Below are positions 19,502-28,560 of a stretch of DNA of 64,000 nt, piece after piece. The stretch is from Candidatus Planktophila sp. Its GTDB lineage: Bacteria > Actinomycetota > Actinomycetes > Nanopelagicales > Nanopelagicaceae. Location of the stretch: NCBI GenBank assembly GCA_017858325.1, contig JAFMBT010000002.1, forward strand, positions 30,800 through 94,799, given 5' to 3'. The position numbers and the translations under genes are program-made. The notes beneath the pieces were generated by a model that saw only the letters and a program-made list of their open reading frames with translations, ran no database searches and was not told the DNA's origin. How positions within the stretch are numbered: the stretch's first letter is position 1; each line of letters opens with the position of its first letter.

Positions 19502-20596
19502 ATGAAAATTAAGCCTAAAAGTGATGCGTTATTTGATGAGCTCTCTTTGGGTGAGGTCATGCTGCGATTAGATCCGGGTGACCTCAGGATTCGCACAGCT
19601 CGAAATTTTTCCGTGTGGGAGGGTGGGGGCGAGTACAACGTTGCTCGGGGCTTATCCAAGTGTTTTGGATTGAAAACATCAGTCATCACCGCACTAGCCG
19701 ATAATCAAGTGGGTCACTTAATCAACGATTTAATCTTGATGGGCGGAGTTGATACTTCAAATATTCACTGGGCCAAGGGCGACAGTATTGGTAGATCAGT
19801 TCGTAACGGTCTGAATTTTACAGAGCGCGGATTCGGAGTACGTGGAGCAGTAGGAGTCTCTGATCGTGGGAACACTGCGGCATCGCAGATGGCGAGTTCA
19901 CATTTTGATTGGGAAGAAATTTTTGGTAAGCAAGGCACCAGGTGGTTGCATACAGGCGGAATTTTTGCCGGTTTGTCATCTACAACTCCAGAACTCATGG
20001 AATCTGCCATGTCAGCGGCTCGAAAGCACGGCACGATTATTTCCTATGACCTTAATTTTCGACCAAGTTTATGGGATGGACTGGGTGGGCGAGCCACTGC
20101 ACAAAAGGTTAACAAAAAATTAGCATCGCTAGTCGATGTGATGATTGGAAACGAAGAGGATTTCACTGAATCCTTGGGATTTGAAGTAAAGGGCTTAGAT
20201 GAAAATTACTCGAACTTATCGACAGGTCCTTTCAAGGAGATGGTTGAGAAGGTAGCTGCCGAGTATCCAAATCTACAAATCATTGCGACAACTCTTCGAA
20301 AAGTGCATTCAGCCTCCGATAATGATTGGGGCGCAATTGCCTGGTCTCGCACCGATGGATTTTTTGAAGTTCCACCACTTCCGAACTTGGAAATTTTTGA
20401 TCGCGTTGGTGGTGGCGACAGCTTTGCCTCTGGCTTAATCTTTGGATTACTTGAAGGCCGTAGCCTTCTCGATAGTTTAAAGCTGGGACAGGCACACGGC
20501 GCAATCGCAATGACTACGCCAGGGGATACGTCAATGGCCACTAAGAGCGAGGTAGAAAAACTTGCTTCAGGTGGCTCGGCTCGCGTAATCCGCTAG
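19502..20596 (+). CDS. kdgK: 2-dehydro-3-deoxygluconokinase (PfkB family)
   Basis: It has the PfkB signature DRVGGGDSFASG and lies next to eda. Confidence 0.75.
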   Translation: MKIKPKSDALFDELSLGEVMLRLDPGDLRIRTARNFSVWEGGGEYNVARGLSKCFGLKTSVITALADNQVGHLINDLILMGGVDTSNIHWAKGDSIGRSVRNGLNFTERGFGVRGAVGVSDRGNTAASQMASSHFDWEEIFGKQGTRWLHTGGIFAGLSSTTPELMESAMSAARKHGTIISYDLNFRPSLWDGLGGRATAQKVNKKLASLVDVMIGNEEDFTESLGFEVKGLDENYSNLSTGPFKEMVEKVAAEYPNLQIIATTLRKVHSASDNDWGAIAWSRTDGFFEVPPLPNLEIFDRVGGGDSFASGLIFGLLEGRSLLDSLKLGQAHGAIAMTTPGDTSMATKSEVEKLASGGSARVIR

Positions 20597-20611
20597 CAGA
20601 TACACTGCACC

Positions 20612-21838
20612 ATGGTAATTAAGTCAAAGAGGAACTTTCCTAACCTTCCATACTTTTACTCGCTCATAGATTGGAAGTTGCCAACGCTTAGTCGCAGAAA
20701 GAGTGCGACCCTGAAGGCTCAAACAATTGATGACCTTGCTCGCGCGGCAAAGAAACGTGTACCTAAGGTAGTTTTTGATTACGTTGAAGGTTCAGCGCTC
20801 GATGAAATTGGATACTCGCGCTCTCAGCGTGCTATTCGATCTGTTCAGTTCAACACCAGAATTTTGCGGGATGTTTCATATGTAGATCCATCTGAGATCA
20901 TCTTTGGTAAGAAAGTTGATCTACCAATAGTTTTTGGACCAACTGGCTATACCCGTCTCATGCATCATGTTGGAGAACCAGCAGTTGCATCTGCTGCCTC
21001 TCACAATAATCTTATTTATTCGCTCTCAACGATGGGAACAGTTTCACCGCTAGAACTAGCCGAAGCGGTGCCAGATTGCCGTCGCTGGTTTCAGTTATAT
21101 GTGATGAAAAATCGTGAAGATAGTGCTGCGATCATTAAACAAGCTCGCGACTCTGGCTTTGAAGCCCTTATTCTGACGGTCGATACTCCAGTAGGAGGAA
21201 TACGACTTCGTGATCTTCGCAATGGATTGACAGTCCCACCTCGTATTCGTATTTCAACCGTCTTTGCAATCGCTCGTAAACCAATCTGGTGGCTCAATCT
21301 CTTCACAACAAAGAAGTTAGAGTTTGCTGCTTTTCGCGGTTGGACCAAATCTCTCCTTGAGTTGGCAGGAACGATTTACTCTCCTGCAATCTCTTTCGAC
21401 GATATCAATTGGCTGCAGAGCGCTTGGGACGGCCCAATAATTGTCAAAGGGGTCCAAAGCGTTGCAGATGCAAAGATGCTCGCCGATATGGGAGTGCAAG
21501 GGATTGTTCTTTCAAGCCATGGCAGTCGACAATTAGATCGTGGCGTCCCACCGATTGAAATACTTCAAGATGTGGTTAAAGCGGTAGGTCAGAAGATGGA
21601 TGTGTTTATTGATGGTTCGTTTATGTCGGGTCAAGATGTGTACGCTGCAATCGCACTCGGTGCTAAGGCTGTCTTCATCGGTCGGGCCTATCTCTACGGT
21701 GTTATGGCAGATGGCGAACGTGGCGTTGAGAAGGTGATTGAACTGATGCGCAGAGATTTCATCAACACTATGGCTCTGACTGGTAATCGAAATCTTGCTG
21801 AAGTTCGTCAAACTGGTGCAATCTTAGGGACCAAATAA
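20612..21838 (+). CDS. FMN-dependent alpha-hydroxy-acid dehydrogenase (L-lactate dehydrogenase/glycolate oxidase family)
   Basis: It has VFDYVEGSA near the N-terminus and the active-site region LSSHGSRQLD. Confidence 0.75.
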   Translation: MVIKSKRNFPNLPYFYSLIDWKLPTLSRRKSATLKAQTIDDLARAAKKRVPKVVFDYVEGSALDEIGYSRSQRAIRSVQFNTRILRDVSYVDPSEIIFGKKVDLPIVFGPTGYTRLMHHVGEPAVASAASHNNLIYSLSTMGTVSPLELAEAVPDCRRWFQLYVMKNREDSAAIIKQARDSGFEALILTVDTPVGGIRLRDLRNGLTVPPRIRISTVFAIARKPIWWLNLFTTKKLEFAAFRGWTKSLLELAGTIYSPAISFDDINWLQSAWDGPIIVKGVQSVADAKMLADMGVQGIVLSSHGSRQLDRGVPPIEILQDVVKAVGQKMDVFIDGSFMSGQDVYAAIALGAKAVFIGRAYLYGVMADGERGVEKVIELMRRDFINTMALTGNRNLAEVRQTGAILGTK

Positions 21839-21847
21839 AAAGGAGTC

Positions 21848-22705
21848 ATGATGAGTACTACACCTGATTTATTCCTCAAAGGCGAAGCGATGGTTGGCGA
21901 AGGCCCAATCGTTGATGGCGATTCTTTATTGTGGATTGATATCCCGGCTGGCCAAGTCAATAAGACTAACCTCACGAGCAGAAAAACAGAGAGCGAGCTG
22001 TTGGGTACAGTTGTAGGAGCGATCGCGCCACTTGAATCTTCAAACGGTTACGCAGTTGCTTGTAAGACTGGTTTTGCAACTTGGGAAGATGGAGCACTTC
22101 ATCAACATAACGCATTTCTGTCAGATCCTGATTTTAGAATGAATGATGCAAAGTGTGACTCACGTGGAAGATTTTGGGGCGGTAGTTGTCAATCTAGCTT
22201 CGTTCCAGGTCAAGGAAAGCTGCATCGCTGGGACGGCGGAAGTACAAATAAAGTGATGGTCGAAAATCTGACTCTTCCTAATGGATTGGGTTGGAATACG
22301 GAAAATACTCTGATGTATTTAGCCGATAGTATGTTGAAGAAGGTATTTGTCAGCGATTTTGATTTATCTGATGATTTTGTCCCGAAATTCCGTGAACTCA
22401 TCTCTATCGATGTCGGCGTACCCGATGGGTTGGCAGTTGATGAAGAGGGATGCATCTGGCTAGCGGTATGGGGTGGAAATAAGGTAATCCGAATCTCTCC
22501 GCAGGGAACAATTATTTCTGAGTATCTCTTTCCGGTATCTCAACCATCAAGCTGTGCCTTTGGTTCAGATGGCTCTCTCTATATAACTAGCGCACGGGCT
22601 GGGATATCAGAATCTGATTTATTAGATCAACCGTTAGCAGGCTCGATTTTTCGATTGTCGACCAGTACCTTAGGGGTACCAGTATCAAAGTTTAGGCGGG
22701 GATAA
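21848..22705 (+). CDS. SMP-30/gluconolactonase/LRE-family lactonase
   Basis: It is 285 aa with EGPIVD...LLWIDI, NDAKCDSRGRFW, PNGLGW and PDGLAVDEEG beta-propeller repeat motifs. Confidence 0.7.
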   Translation: MMSTTPDLFLKGEAMVGEGPIVDGDSLLWIDIPAGQVNKTNLTSRKTESELLGTVVGAIAPLESSNGYAVACKTGFATWEDGALHQHNAFLSDPDFRMNDAKCDSRGRFWGGSCQSSFVPGQGKLHRWDGGSTNKVMVENLTLPNGLGWNTENTLMYLADSMLKKVFVSDFDLSDDFVPKFRELISIDVGVPDGLAVDEEGCIWLAVWGGNKVIRISPQGTIISEYLFPVSQPSSCAFGSDGSLYITSARAGISESDLLDQPLAGSIFRLSTSTLGVPVSKFRRG

Positions 22706-23649
22706 TGAAATACGTAACACTGAAGAGTTCTGATCTTGAATTAGTTCTTGACCCGCATCATGGAGCAGATATTCTCTCGATCAAAACGATACCGACCGGC
22801 GAAGAAGTTCTCTATACAACGCCATGGTCAGATCGTGCAGAGGCAGTGCTCGCCAATGAACAAACAACACTTTCATATGAACCTGTTGCTCACTGGATGG
22901 AGCGTTATCGCGGCGGATGGCAGACACTTGTTCCGAATGCAGGACCGGCACGAGATGTGCATGGCGCCCCGCTAGGTTTTCACGGAGAAGCATCAATCTC
23001 ATCGTGGAAAGTCCTCAAGAGTGAGGCAAGCAGCATCCAGATTCAGTTAGATCTCTTCTCAGTTCCTGTGCGCATTGAAAGAGTGATTTCGCTCAAGGGA
23101 AATGAAATCTTTCTCACAGATGTTGTTACTAATACTAGCCCGCTCAATATTGAGGTTGATTACTCAAGCCATCCAGCATTTGGTGGAGCACTTCTCGAAG
23201 GTGAAGTGCACTTAGAGACCAGTGCACGGGAATTCCACTTGGATGAAGAGCGAGATAGTCCTCACGGTCCCGTCGCCAGCACACACCAGTGGCCCCTTAT
23301 CAAGGGTGACAATGGAAGTGTTTTAGATTTAAGTAAGTTGCCAGCCCCCGATAAGAAACTCGGCGTCTTTGGCTGGATTTCAGCCTTCGATGGAGCCAAG
23401 TGGTATCGCGTTAAGAATAAAGAGAAGAAGATAACCTTTGAATTACAGTGGGAATCAGAGTATTTAAATTTTGCCTGGTTCTGGCTAGAGTTCAATAATT
23501 CGGAGGGTTTTCCGTGGTTTGGAAAAGTTCGGACATTTGCAATTGAACCATCTAGCACCAAAACAAGTGGTAAAACGCGGAGAAGCCTTCTCCAGATGAA
23601 GCCACATCAATCGGTAGAGATCAAGCAGACAGTAATTATCACATTCTAA
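22705..23649 (+). CDS. aldose-1-epimerase-like (galactose mutarotase fold) protein, function unknown
   Basis: There is weak motif-level resemblance (LDPHHGADILSI, SSHPAFGG). Its start overlaps the lactonase stop. Confidence 0.4.
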   Translation: MKYVTLKSSDLELVLDPHHGADILSIKTIPTGEEVLYTTPWSDRAEAVLANEQTTLSYEPVAHWMERYRGGWQTLVPNAGPARDVHGAPLGFHGEASISSWKVLKSEASSIQIQLDLFSVPVRIERVISLKGNEIFLTDVVTNTSPLNIEVDYSSHPAFGGALLEGEVHLETSAREFHLDEERDSPHGPVASTHQWPLIKGDNGSVLDLSKLPAPDKKLGVFGWISAFDGAKWYRVKNKEKKITFELQWESEYLNFAWFWLEFNNSEGFPWFGKVRTFAIEPSSTKTSGKTRRSLLQMKPHQSVEIKQTVIITF

Positions 23650-23677
23650 TCAATGAGCTTTAAAGGGAGATAGGCAG

Positions 23678-24529
23678 ATGAAAGTACTACTTACAGGCGC
23701 AGCAGGCCTTATCGGTAAAGAAATCCTGAAGACTCTTGTCGCTGAAGGTCACGAAGTGGTTGCTACCGACCGCGTTCAGTTCAGTGCTCCTGCATCTGTG
23801 AAATCTAGTGTGGGTGATTTAATGTCGATTGAATTCGCAGAATCATTAGATTTTGATTGTGATGCCGTAGTCCATCTCGGATCAGTGCCTAGCCCGCTCG
23901 GTGGTTCTGATGAAATGGTTTTCCATAACAACGTTATGGGTACCTATCATTTATTTGCTGCCGCAGTTGAAAAGAAAGTACCTGTCGTCATCTATGCCTC
24001 AAGTCTTTCAATTTACGGAACAGCATGGTCAGGACCATGGACATCTCCAGAATATGTTCCATTTGATGAGAACCTCCCGCTCAACCATTATGAAAGTTAT
24101 GCTCTCTCAAAGGAAGTAAATGAGCGATCTGCAGATATGTGGGCAAATCGCGGGGAGACTGCATTCGTTGGTTTGCGTTTTCCATATTGCAACTCTGAAG
24201 CTGCTATCAATGACTTTGCAGAGAAAATGAAGCAAGGCGATAAAGAAACCGTACTTACTGGAGCCAAAATTCTTTGGTGTTATTTGGATCTACGCGATGC
24301 GGCGCAAGGCGTATTGACCATCTTAAAAAAGGGAGCCAAAGGCTCTGCCACCTATAACTTCTTAGCACCTGATACAAATGCGCCGAAGCCAACGATGGAG
24401 ATGTTGGCTGAATTTCATCCGACCACAAAGGTAAATACACCTCTTCCGGGCTATGCAACGATTGTTGATTGCTCAGCATGGGAAAAGGTTTATGGATATA
24501 AGCCGAAGCATTTGTTCAAGCGCGGTTAA
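23678..24529 (+). CDS. NAD-dependent epimerase/dehydratase family oxidoreductase
   Basis: It has the Rossmann motif LLTGAAGLIG and a YALSK (YxxxK) motif. Confidence 0.7.
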   Translation: MKVLLTGAAGLIGKEILKTLVAEGHEVVATDRVQFSAPASVKSSVGDLMSIEFAESLDFDCDAVVHLGSVPSPLGGSDEMVFHNNVMGTYHLFAAAVEKKVPVVIYASSLSIYGTAWSGPWTSPEYVPFDENLPLNHYESYALSKEVNERSADMWANRGETAFVGLRFPYCNSEAAINDFAEKMKQGDKETVLTGAKILWCYLDLRDAAQGVLTILKKGAKGSATYNFLAPDTNAPKPTMEMLAEFHPTTKVNTPLPGYATIVDCSAWEKVYGYKPKHLFKRG

Positions 24530-24560
24530 GCCGCCATTGCACGTGCAATAGACTCAGCCA

Positions 24561-25835
24561 ATGGCTAGGTACACGGTCGCAATAGTTGGCGCTGGGCCAG
24601 CAGGATATTTCGCCGCGCAGGCGTTGCAGAATATGCAGAGCGATGAGCTGACATTTTCAATCGACATCTTTGAACGCCTGCCAACCCCATGGGGTTTAGT
24701 TCGAAGTGGCGTTGCCCCCGATCATCCAAAGATTAAGACCGTCTCAAAGGTCTTTGAAAAGGTCGCAACCGCTGGAAATGTCCGCCTCTTTGCAAATGTA
24801 GAGCTCGGTAGCGATATCTCCCTGCAGGATCTCAAAGTCGCATATGACGCTGTTGTTATTGCAACCGGCTCATCCATTGGAAAGAAGTTAGGAATACCTG
24901 GTGAAGATTTACCAGGATCGATCTCTGCAGCGACTTTTGTTCCTTGGTACAACGCACACCCAGATTTTAAAGACGAGAGCGTTGATCTCTCGACCTCTAC
25001 TGCAATTGTTATCGGTGCTGGAAATGTGGCGATGGATGTAGCTCGAATGTTGGCACTTGAGCCTACCGAACTCGATCCCACTGATACTGCCGATCACGCA
25101 ATCGATGTATTTAAGGAAAGTGCGGTACGAACGGTGATCATTAGCGCTCGTCGTGGAGCAGAGCATGCCGCCTTCACATCACCTGAATTGCGCGAGCTTC
25201 CGAAACTTGAGCACACCAATGTAATTATTGAAAAAAGCGATATTGCCGCCGCCCTTATTCGTGCTGGTGAAAATATCGAAAAAGATGTAAAGAGCAACCT
25301 TGAGGCGATGGCGCTTATTGCTGATCAAGTCCCCGCTGGCCACGAGCGCACTATGAAGTTTCAATTCCTTGCCACCCCAAAAGAGATTCGCGGCAGAGAT
25401 AAAGTTGAAGAAGTTATTTTTACTAAGACTGGTACAGATGAAGAGTTTTCAATTAAGTGCGGCTTAGTGATCACAGCTATTGGATATGAGGCTACTCTGC
25501 TCGAGGGGGTCGATTTTGAGCAAGGGAAAGTAAAAAATACCGATGGCCGCGTAGGAGAAAACCTCTACGTTGTTGGTTGGGCAAAACGTGGTCCATCCGG
25601 TGTGATTGGAACCAACAAATCAGATTCTTCTGACGTCATGAAATTACTTGTAGAAGATTTAAATAATCCTAAACCTCATAGTGATATTGCCGATCGGCTC
25701 AATAGTGCACTGGTTATTACTCAAAGTCAGTGGGAAACCATCAATGCAGCAGAGGTCGCTGCGGGTGAGTCAAAGGGTAAACCTCGTCATAAGGCCGTGG
25801 CCTGGGACGATTTATTACATTTGGGAGGGCTCTAG
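24561..25835 (+). CDS. fprA: ferredoxin-NADP+ reductase, adrenodoxin-reductase type (FprA-like)
   Basis: It has VAIVGAGPAGYFAAQAL, a second nucleotide motif IGAGNVAMDVARML, and GWAKRGPSGVIGTNK. Confidence 0.75.
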   Translation: MARYTVAIVGAGPAGYFAAQALQNMQSDELTFSIDIFERLPTPWGLVRSGVAPDHPKIKTVSKVFEKVATAGNVRLFANVELGSDISLQDLKVAYDAVVIATGSSIGKKLGIPGEDLPGSISAATFVPWYNAHPDFKDESVDLSTSTAIVIGAGNVAMDVARMLALEPTELDPTDTADHAIDVFKESAVRTVIISARRGAEHAAFTSPELRELPKLEHTNVIIEKSDIAAALIRAGENIEKDVKSNLEAMALIADQVPAGHERTMKFQFLATPKEIRGRDKVEEVIFTKTGTDEEFSIKCGLVITAIGYEATLLEGVDFEQGKVKNTDGRVGENLYVVGWAKRGPSGVIGTNKSDSSDVMKLLVEDLNNPKPHSDIADRLNSALVITQSQWETINAAEVAAGESKGKPRHKAVAWDDLLHLGGL

Positions 25836-25858
25836 TTTCCCTGTAGTATGTGGAATAG

Positions 25859-25931
25859 GCGTGCGTAGCTCAACGGATAGAGCATCTGACTACGGATCAG
25901 AAGGTTAGGGGTTCGAATCCCTTCGCGCGCA
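25859..25931 (+). tRNA. tRNA-Arg (anticodon ACG)
   Basis: A 73-nt cloverleaf was folded by hand. The acceptor is GCGTGCG/CGCGCGC, the anticodon stem TCTGA/TCAGA, the loop CTACGGA and the T arm AGGGG-TTCGAAT-CCCTT. No CCA is encoded, as the gene is followed by CAA. Confidence 0.9.
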
Positions 25932-25976
25932 CAAGAATCTCCATTAAATAACGCGGCTATGCCGTATCGAGACGCA

Positions 25977-25999
25977 TCTCAATTATTGTTGAATTGAGA
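25977..25999. terminator. weak AT-rich hairpin between tRNA-Arg and the 3' end of mscS
   Basis: TCTCAATT-ATTGTTG-AATTGAGA was read directly from the sequence. It has an 8-bp stem and no strong T-run. Confidence 0.3.
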
Positions 26000-26004
26000 G
26001 CCCG

Positions 26005-26841
26005 TTACTGCCAGATTTTTACCTGCGGAAATGGGATTTCGATATTTGTCGCATCGAATTTCTCTTTGATTGCCGCTCTAAGGATTCTTGCTATCTGCCA
26101 ATGTTCCCCAGGAAGGACCTTTATGGCGATACGTATCACTACCGAGCTCTCCCCAAGATCTTGAATACCCCAAATTTCTGGTGCTTCTAAGAACTTTGTG
26201 CCGACTCCATCCGTGACGGCTAAAGCATCAAGGACTTCTTGGATTCTTGCTTGCACAAAGGTTATCTCGCTTGCGTACGCCACACCAATGTCAAGAATCA
26301 CTCGCGACCAACCCTGAGTCTTATTTGCAACTCTTGCTATCTCCCCGTTGGGGAGGTGCCACAATGTCCCATCCAATGAGCGCACACGTGTGCTCTTGAG
26401 AGTCATTGATTCAACAGTCCCACTCCCCTCACCAAAATCGATGACATCTCCTACGCCGTATTGATCCTCTGCTAAAACTGAGATGCCAACCAAGAGGTCT
26501 TTGACAAAGGCTTGAGCACCAAAACCAATCGCAATGCCTGCAACCCCAGCACCTGCCAACAATGGAGCCAGATTTATACCAAGTCGATCAAGAATCAGGA
26601 GTAACACGATTCCTAGGACTACAACGCTCGTGATTGAGTGGGCAAGTTGAATTAAAGTATCTGCTCTCAATGAACGACGCGGTGATTCCTCTACACCATT
26701 TCCATCTGTGCGGAGTGCAACAACCCGTTTGATGAATAATCGAAGTGATCGATTAACTCCGAATCTAATCATTAATCCGAGAACTGAAATCAATAGAATC
26801 TGAAGCCCAATGAGAGCAGGTGTTGGAATGTCGATTCCCAT
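26005..26841 (-). CDS. mscS: small-conductance mechanosensitive channel (MscS family)
   Basis: It has three N-terminal TM segments, then a beta-domain with GDVIDFGEGSGTVESMTLKSTRVRSLDGTLWHLPNGEI. The start is placed at the Met of MGIDIPT, because the listed upstream extension runs into the tRNA-derived repeat. Confidence 0.75.
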   Translation of the reverse strand: MGIDIPTPALIGLQILLISVLGLMIRFGVNRSLRLFIKRVVALRTDGNGVEESPRRSLRADTLIQLAHSITSVVVLGIVLLLILDRLGINLAPLLAGAGVAGIAIGFGAQAFVKDLLVGISVLAEDQYGVGDVIDFGEGSGTVESMTLKSTRVRSLDGTLWHLPNGEIARVANKTQGWSRVILDIGVAYASEITFVQARIQEVLDALAVTDGVGTKFLEAPEIWGIQDLGESSVVIRIAIKVLPGEHWQIARILRAAIKEKFDATNIEIPFPQVKIWQ

Positions 26842-26892
26842 ATTTACCTCCATAGAAATAAGCACCACCTTACAGGCCCTAGAACAAGACAA

Positions 26893-26938
26893 ACTACCCA
26901 TCAGCAGGTTAGGGGTTCGAATCCCTTCGCGCGCACCA
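26893..26938 (+). repeat. direct repeat of the 3' part of tRNA-Arg (anticodon loop to 3' end), including an encoded CCA
   Basis: Nt 26893-26936 match tRNA nt 25889-25932 at 41 of 44 positions, at a constant offset of 1004 nt. The copy continues as ACCA, whereas the intact gene continues as ACAA. Confidence 0.85.
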
Positions 26939-27034
26939 TATCGTGCGTGAATTGCCTATCGTTTTGGATTTAGCTTTAAACCATAATTCTTCATTTTGCT
27001 TGCCGATCCTAGTCTCGGCACTTAAAATCCATAA

Positions 27035-28534
27035 ATGAAAAGAATTCTGATCGCCGAATGCGCCCAAGAAATCGCCTCTTTTAATCCAGTTCTAAGTCAG
27101 TTGGAAAGCTTTCGCTTGGCCACTCCAGCTGAATTGTTTTCCGAACATCGCCCACATCGCACCGAGATCGCGGGAGCGCTACATCACTTTGATTCGCGCG
27201 ACGATATTGAATTAGTAGCTGGATTTGGTGCGCGCATGATTACCTCCGGTGGTCCTACATCGGCCTCAGCGTGGAAATTTATTTCAGAGAGTTTTCTAGA
27301 TTCGATTCGAGCCGCTCAAAAGGTTTCTAAATTAGATGGGCTCTACTTTTGCTTGCACGGTGCAATGGGTGCCGAGAATCAATTAGATCCTGAAGGTTAT
27401 TTACTTGAAGAAACTCGTAAAATCGTCGGCGAGCAAGTTCCAATTATTGCCTCATTTGATCTACATGGAGTTATTACCGATTTAGTATTAAAAAATTGTG
27501 ATTTAATTACTCTTTACCATACTTACCCACATACTGATCTCTACGAGACGGGTGAACGCTCTGCCAAACTTTTGTTAAAGATTATGGATGGAGAAGCCAA
27601 GCCAGTCACAGTGCGCGCTCGTATACCAGCATTGGTGCGGGGTGATGAGCTGAAAACTAAAACTGGAATTTTTGGGCAGCGAGTTGCCGAAGCGGTAGCC
27701 CTCGAGAACTCCGCCGAGGGCTTATCCTGTGGAATCTTTATCGGGAACCCATTTACTGATCTTCCAGAACTTTCCTCTAATGTAATTATCTCTACCAATG
27801 ATGATGAGAAATTGGCAGTAGAAACGGCGACAAAAATAGCCAGTGAATTTTGGCGCGATCGTGCAAAATTACAAGCATTTCTCACCTCCGTTCCTGATGC
27901 AGTAGCTCAAGCTATTGCTGCAAAAAATGGAACTACGATTTTGGTTGACGCCGCTGATGCCACAAGCTCTGGTGCTTGCGGAGATAGCAATGTCGTGCTT
28001 GCGGAATTGATTAAACAAGGTTATTCCGGAACCGTTCTTGTACCACTCACTGATCCTGCAGCGGTTGCCGCCGCCTTTAAAGTCGGAGTTGGGAACACCG
28101 TTACTACACATGTGGGTGGTGCACTAGATCCGCGGTACACCCCCATTGAAGTGACTGGAAAAGTCCAAATGTTGAGTGATGGTGAATTTAATAATGAAGT
28201 TGAGGGGGAACCTTGGCGGGCAGGTAATTGCGCTGTGCTAAAAGTAAAGAATATAACTTTAGTCTTGATGAGCAAGCCAGTTAATTTGCACAATCGTTCG
28301 CTCTTTTTCGCACATGGCTTATTCCCAGAAAAATTCGACTTAGTAATTGTTAAATCTCCGCATTGCCAAGATCATATGTACAAGAGTTGGGCAACGACTT
28401 ATATCAATGTCGATGCTCCTGGAAGTACTAGTGCAAACCTACCAACATTAGGTCATACTATTTGTCGTCGGCCAATATTCCCACTGGATCTAGATATGGA
28501 ATATGTACCAGAGATTACTGTTTATCGACGTTAA
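27035..28534 (+). CDS. M81-family (MlrC-like) metallopeptidase homolog
   Basis: The 499-aa protein starts MKRILIAECAQEIASFNP, like the MlrC/DUF1485 N-terminus, and has a C-terminal MlrC-type domain. This family assignment is from memory. Confidence 0.6.
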   Translation: MKRILIAECAQEIASFNPVLSQLESFRLATPAELFSEHRPHRTEIAGALHHFDSRDDIELVAGFGARMITSGGPTSASAWKFISESFLDSIRAAQKVSKLDGLYFCLHGAMGAENQLDPEGYLLEETRKIVGEQVPIIASFDLHGVITDLVLKNCDLITLYHTYPHTDLYETGERSAKLLLKIMDGEAKPVTVRARIPALVRGDELKTKTGIFGQRVAEAVALENSAEGLSCGIFIGNPFTDLPELSSNVIISTNDDEKLAVETATKIASEFWRDRAKLQAFLTSVPDAVAQAIAAKNGTTILVDAADATSSGACGDSNVVLAELIKQGYSGTVLVPLTDPAAVAAAFKVGVGNTVTTHVGGALDPRYTPIEVTGKVQMLSDGEFNNEVEGEPWRAGNCAVLKVKNITLVLMSKPVNLHNRSLFFAHGLFPEKFDLVIVKSPHCQDHMYKSWATTYINVDAPGSTSANLPTLGHTICRRPIFPLDLDMEYVPEITVYRR

Positions 28535-28560
28535 TTTAAAAGTTTAGAAAGGTGAGAATT

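Noticed and set aside
25681-25908. 75-aa ORF running from the end of fprA into tRNA-Arg
   Set aside because: It is an alternative frame of fprA that reads through the tRNA gene, and nothing supports it.
26842-26901. 20-codon N-terminal extension of the mscS ORF (MGSLSCSRACKVVLISMEVN)
   Set aside because: The extension starts inside the tRNA-derived direct repeat and is not channel-like. The internal Met of MGIDIPT precedes the first TM helix.
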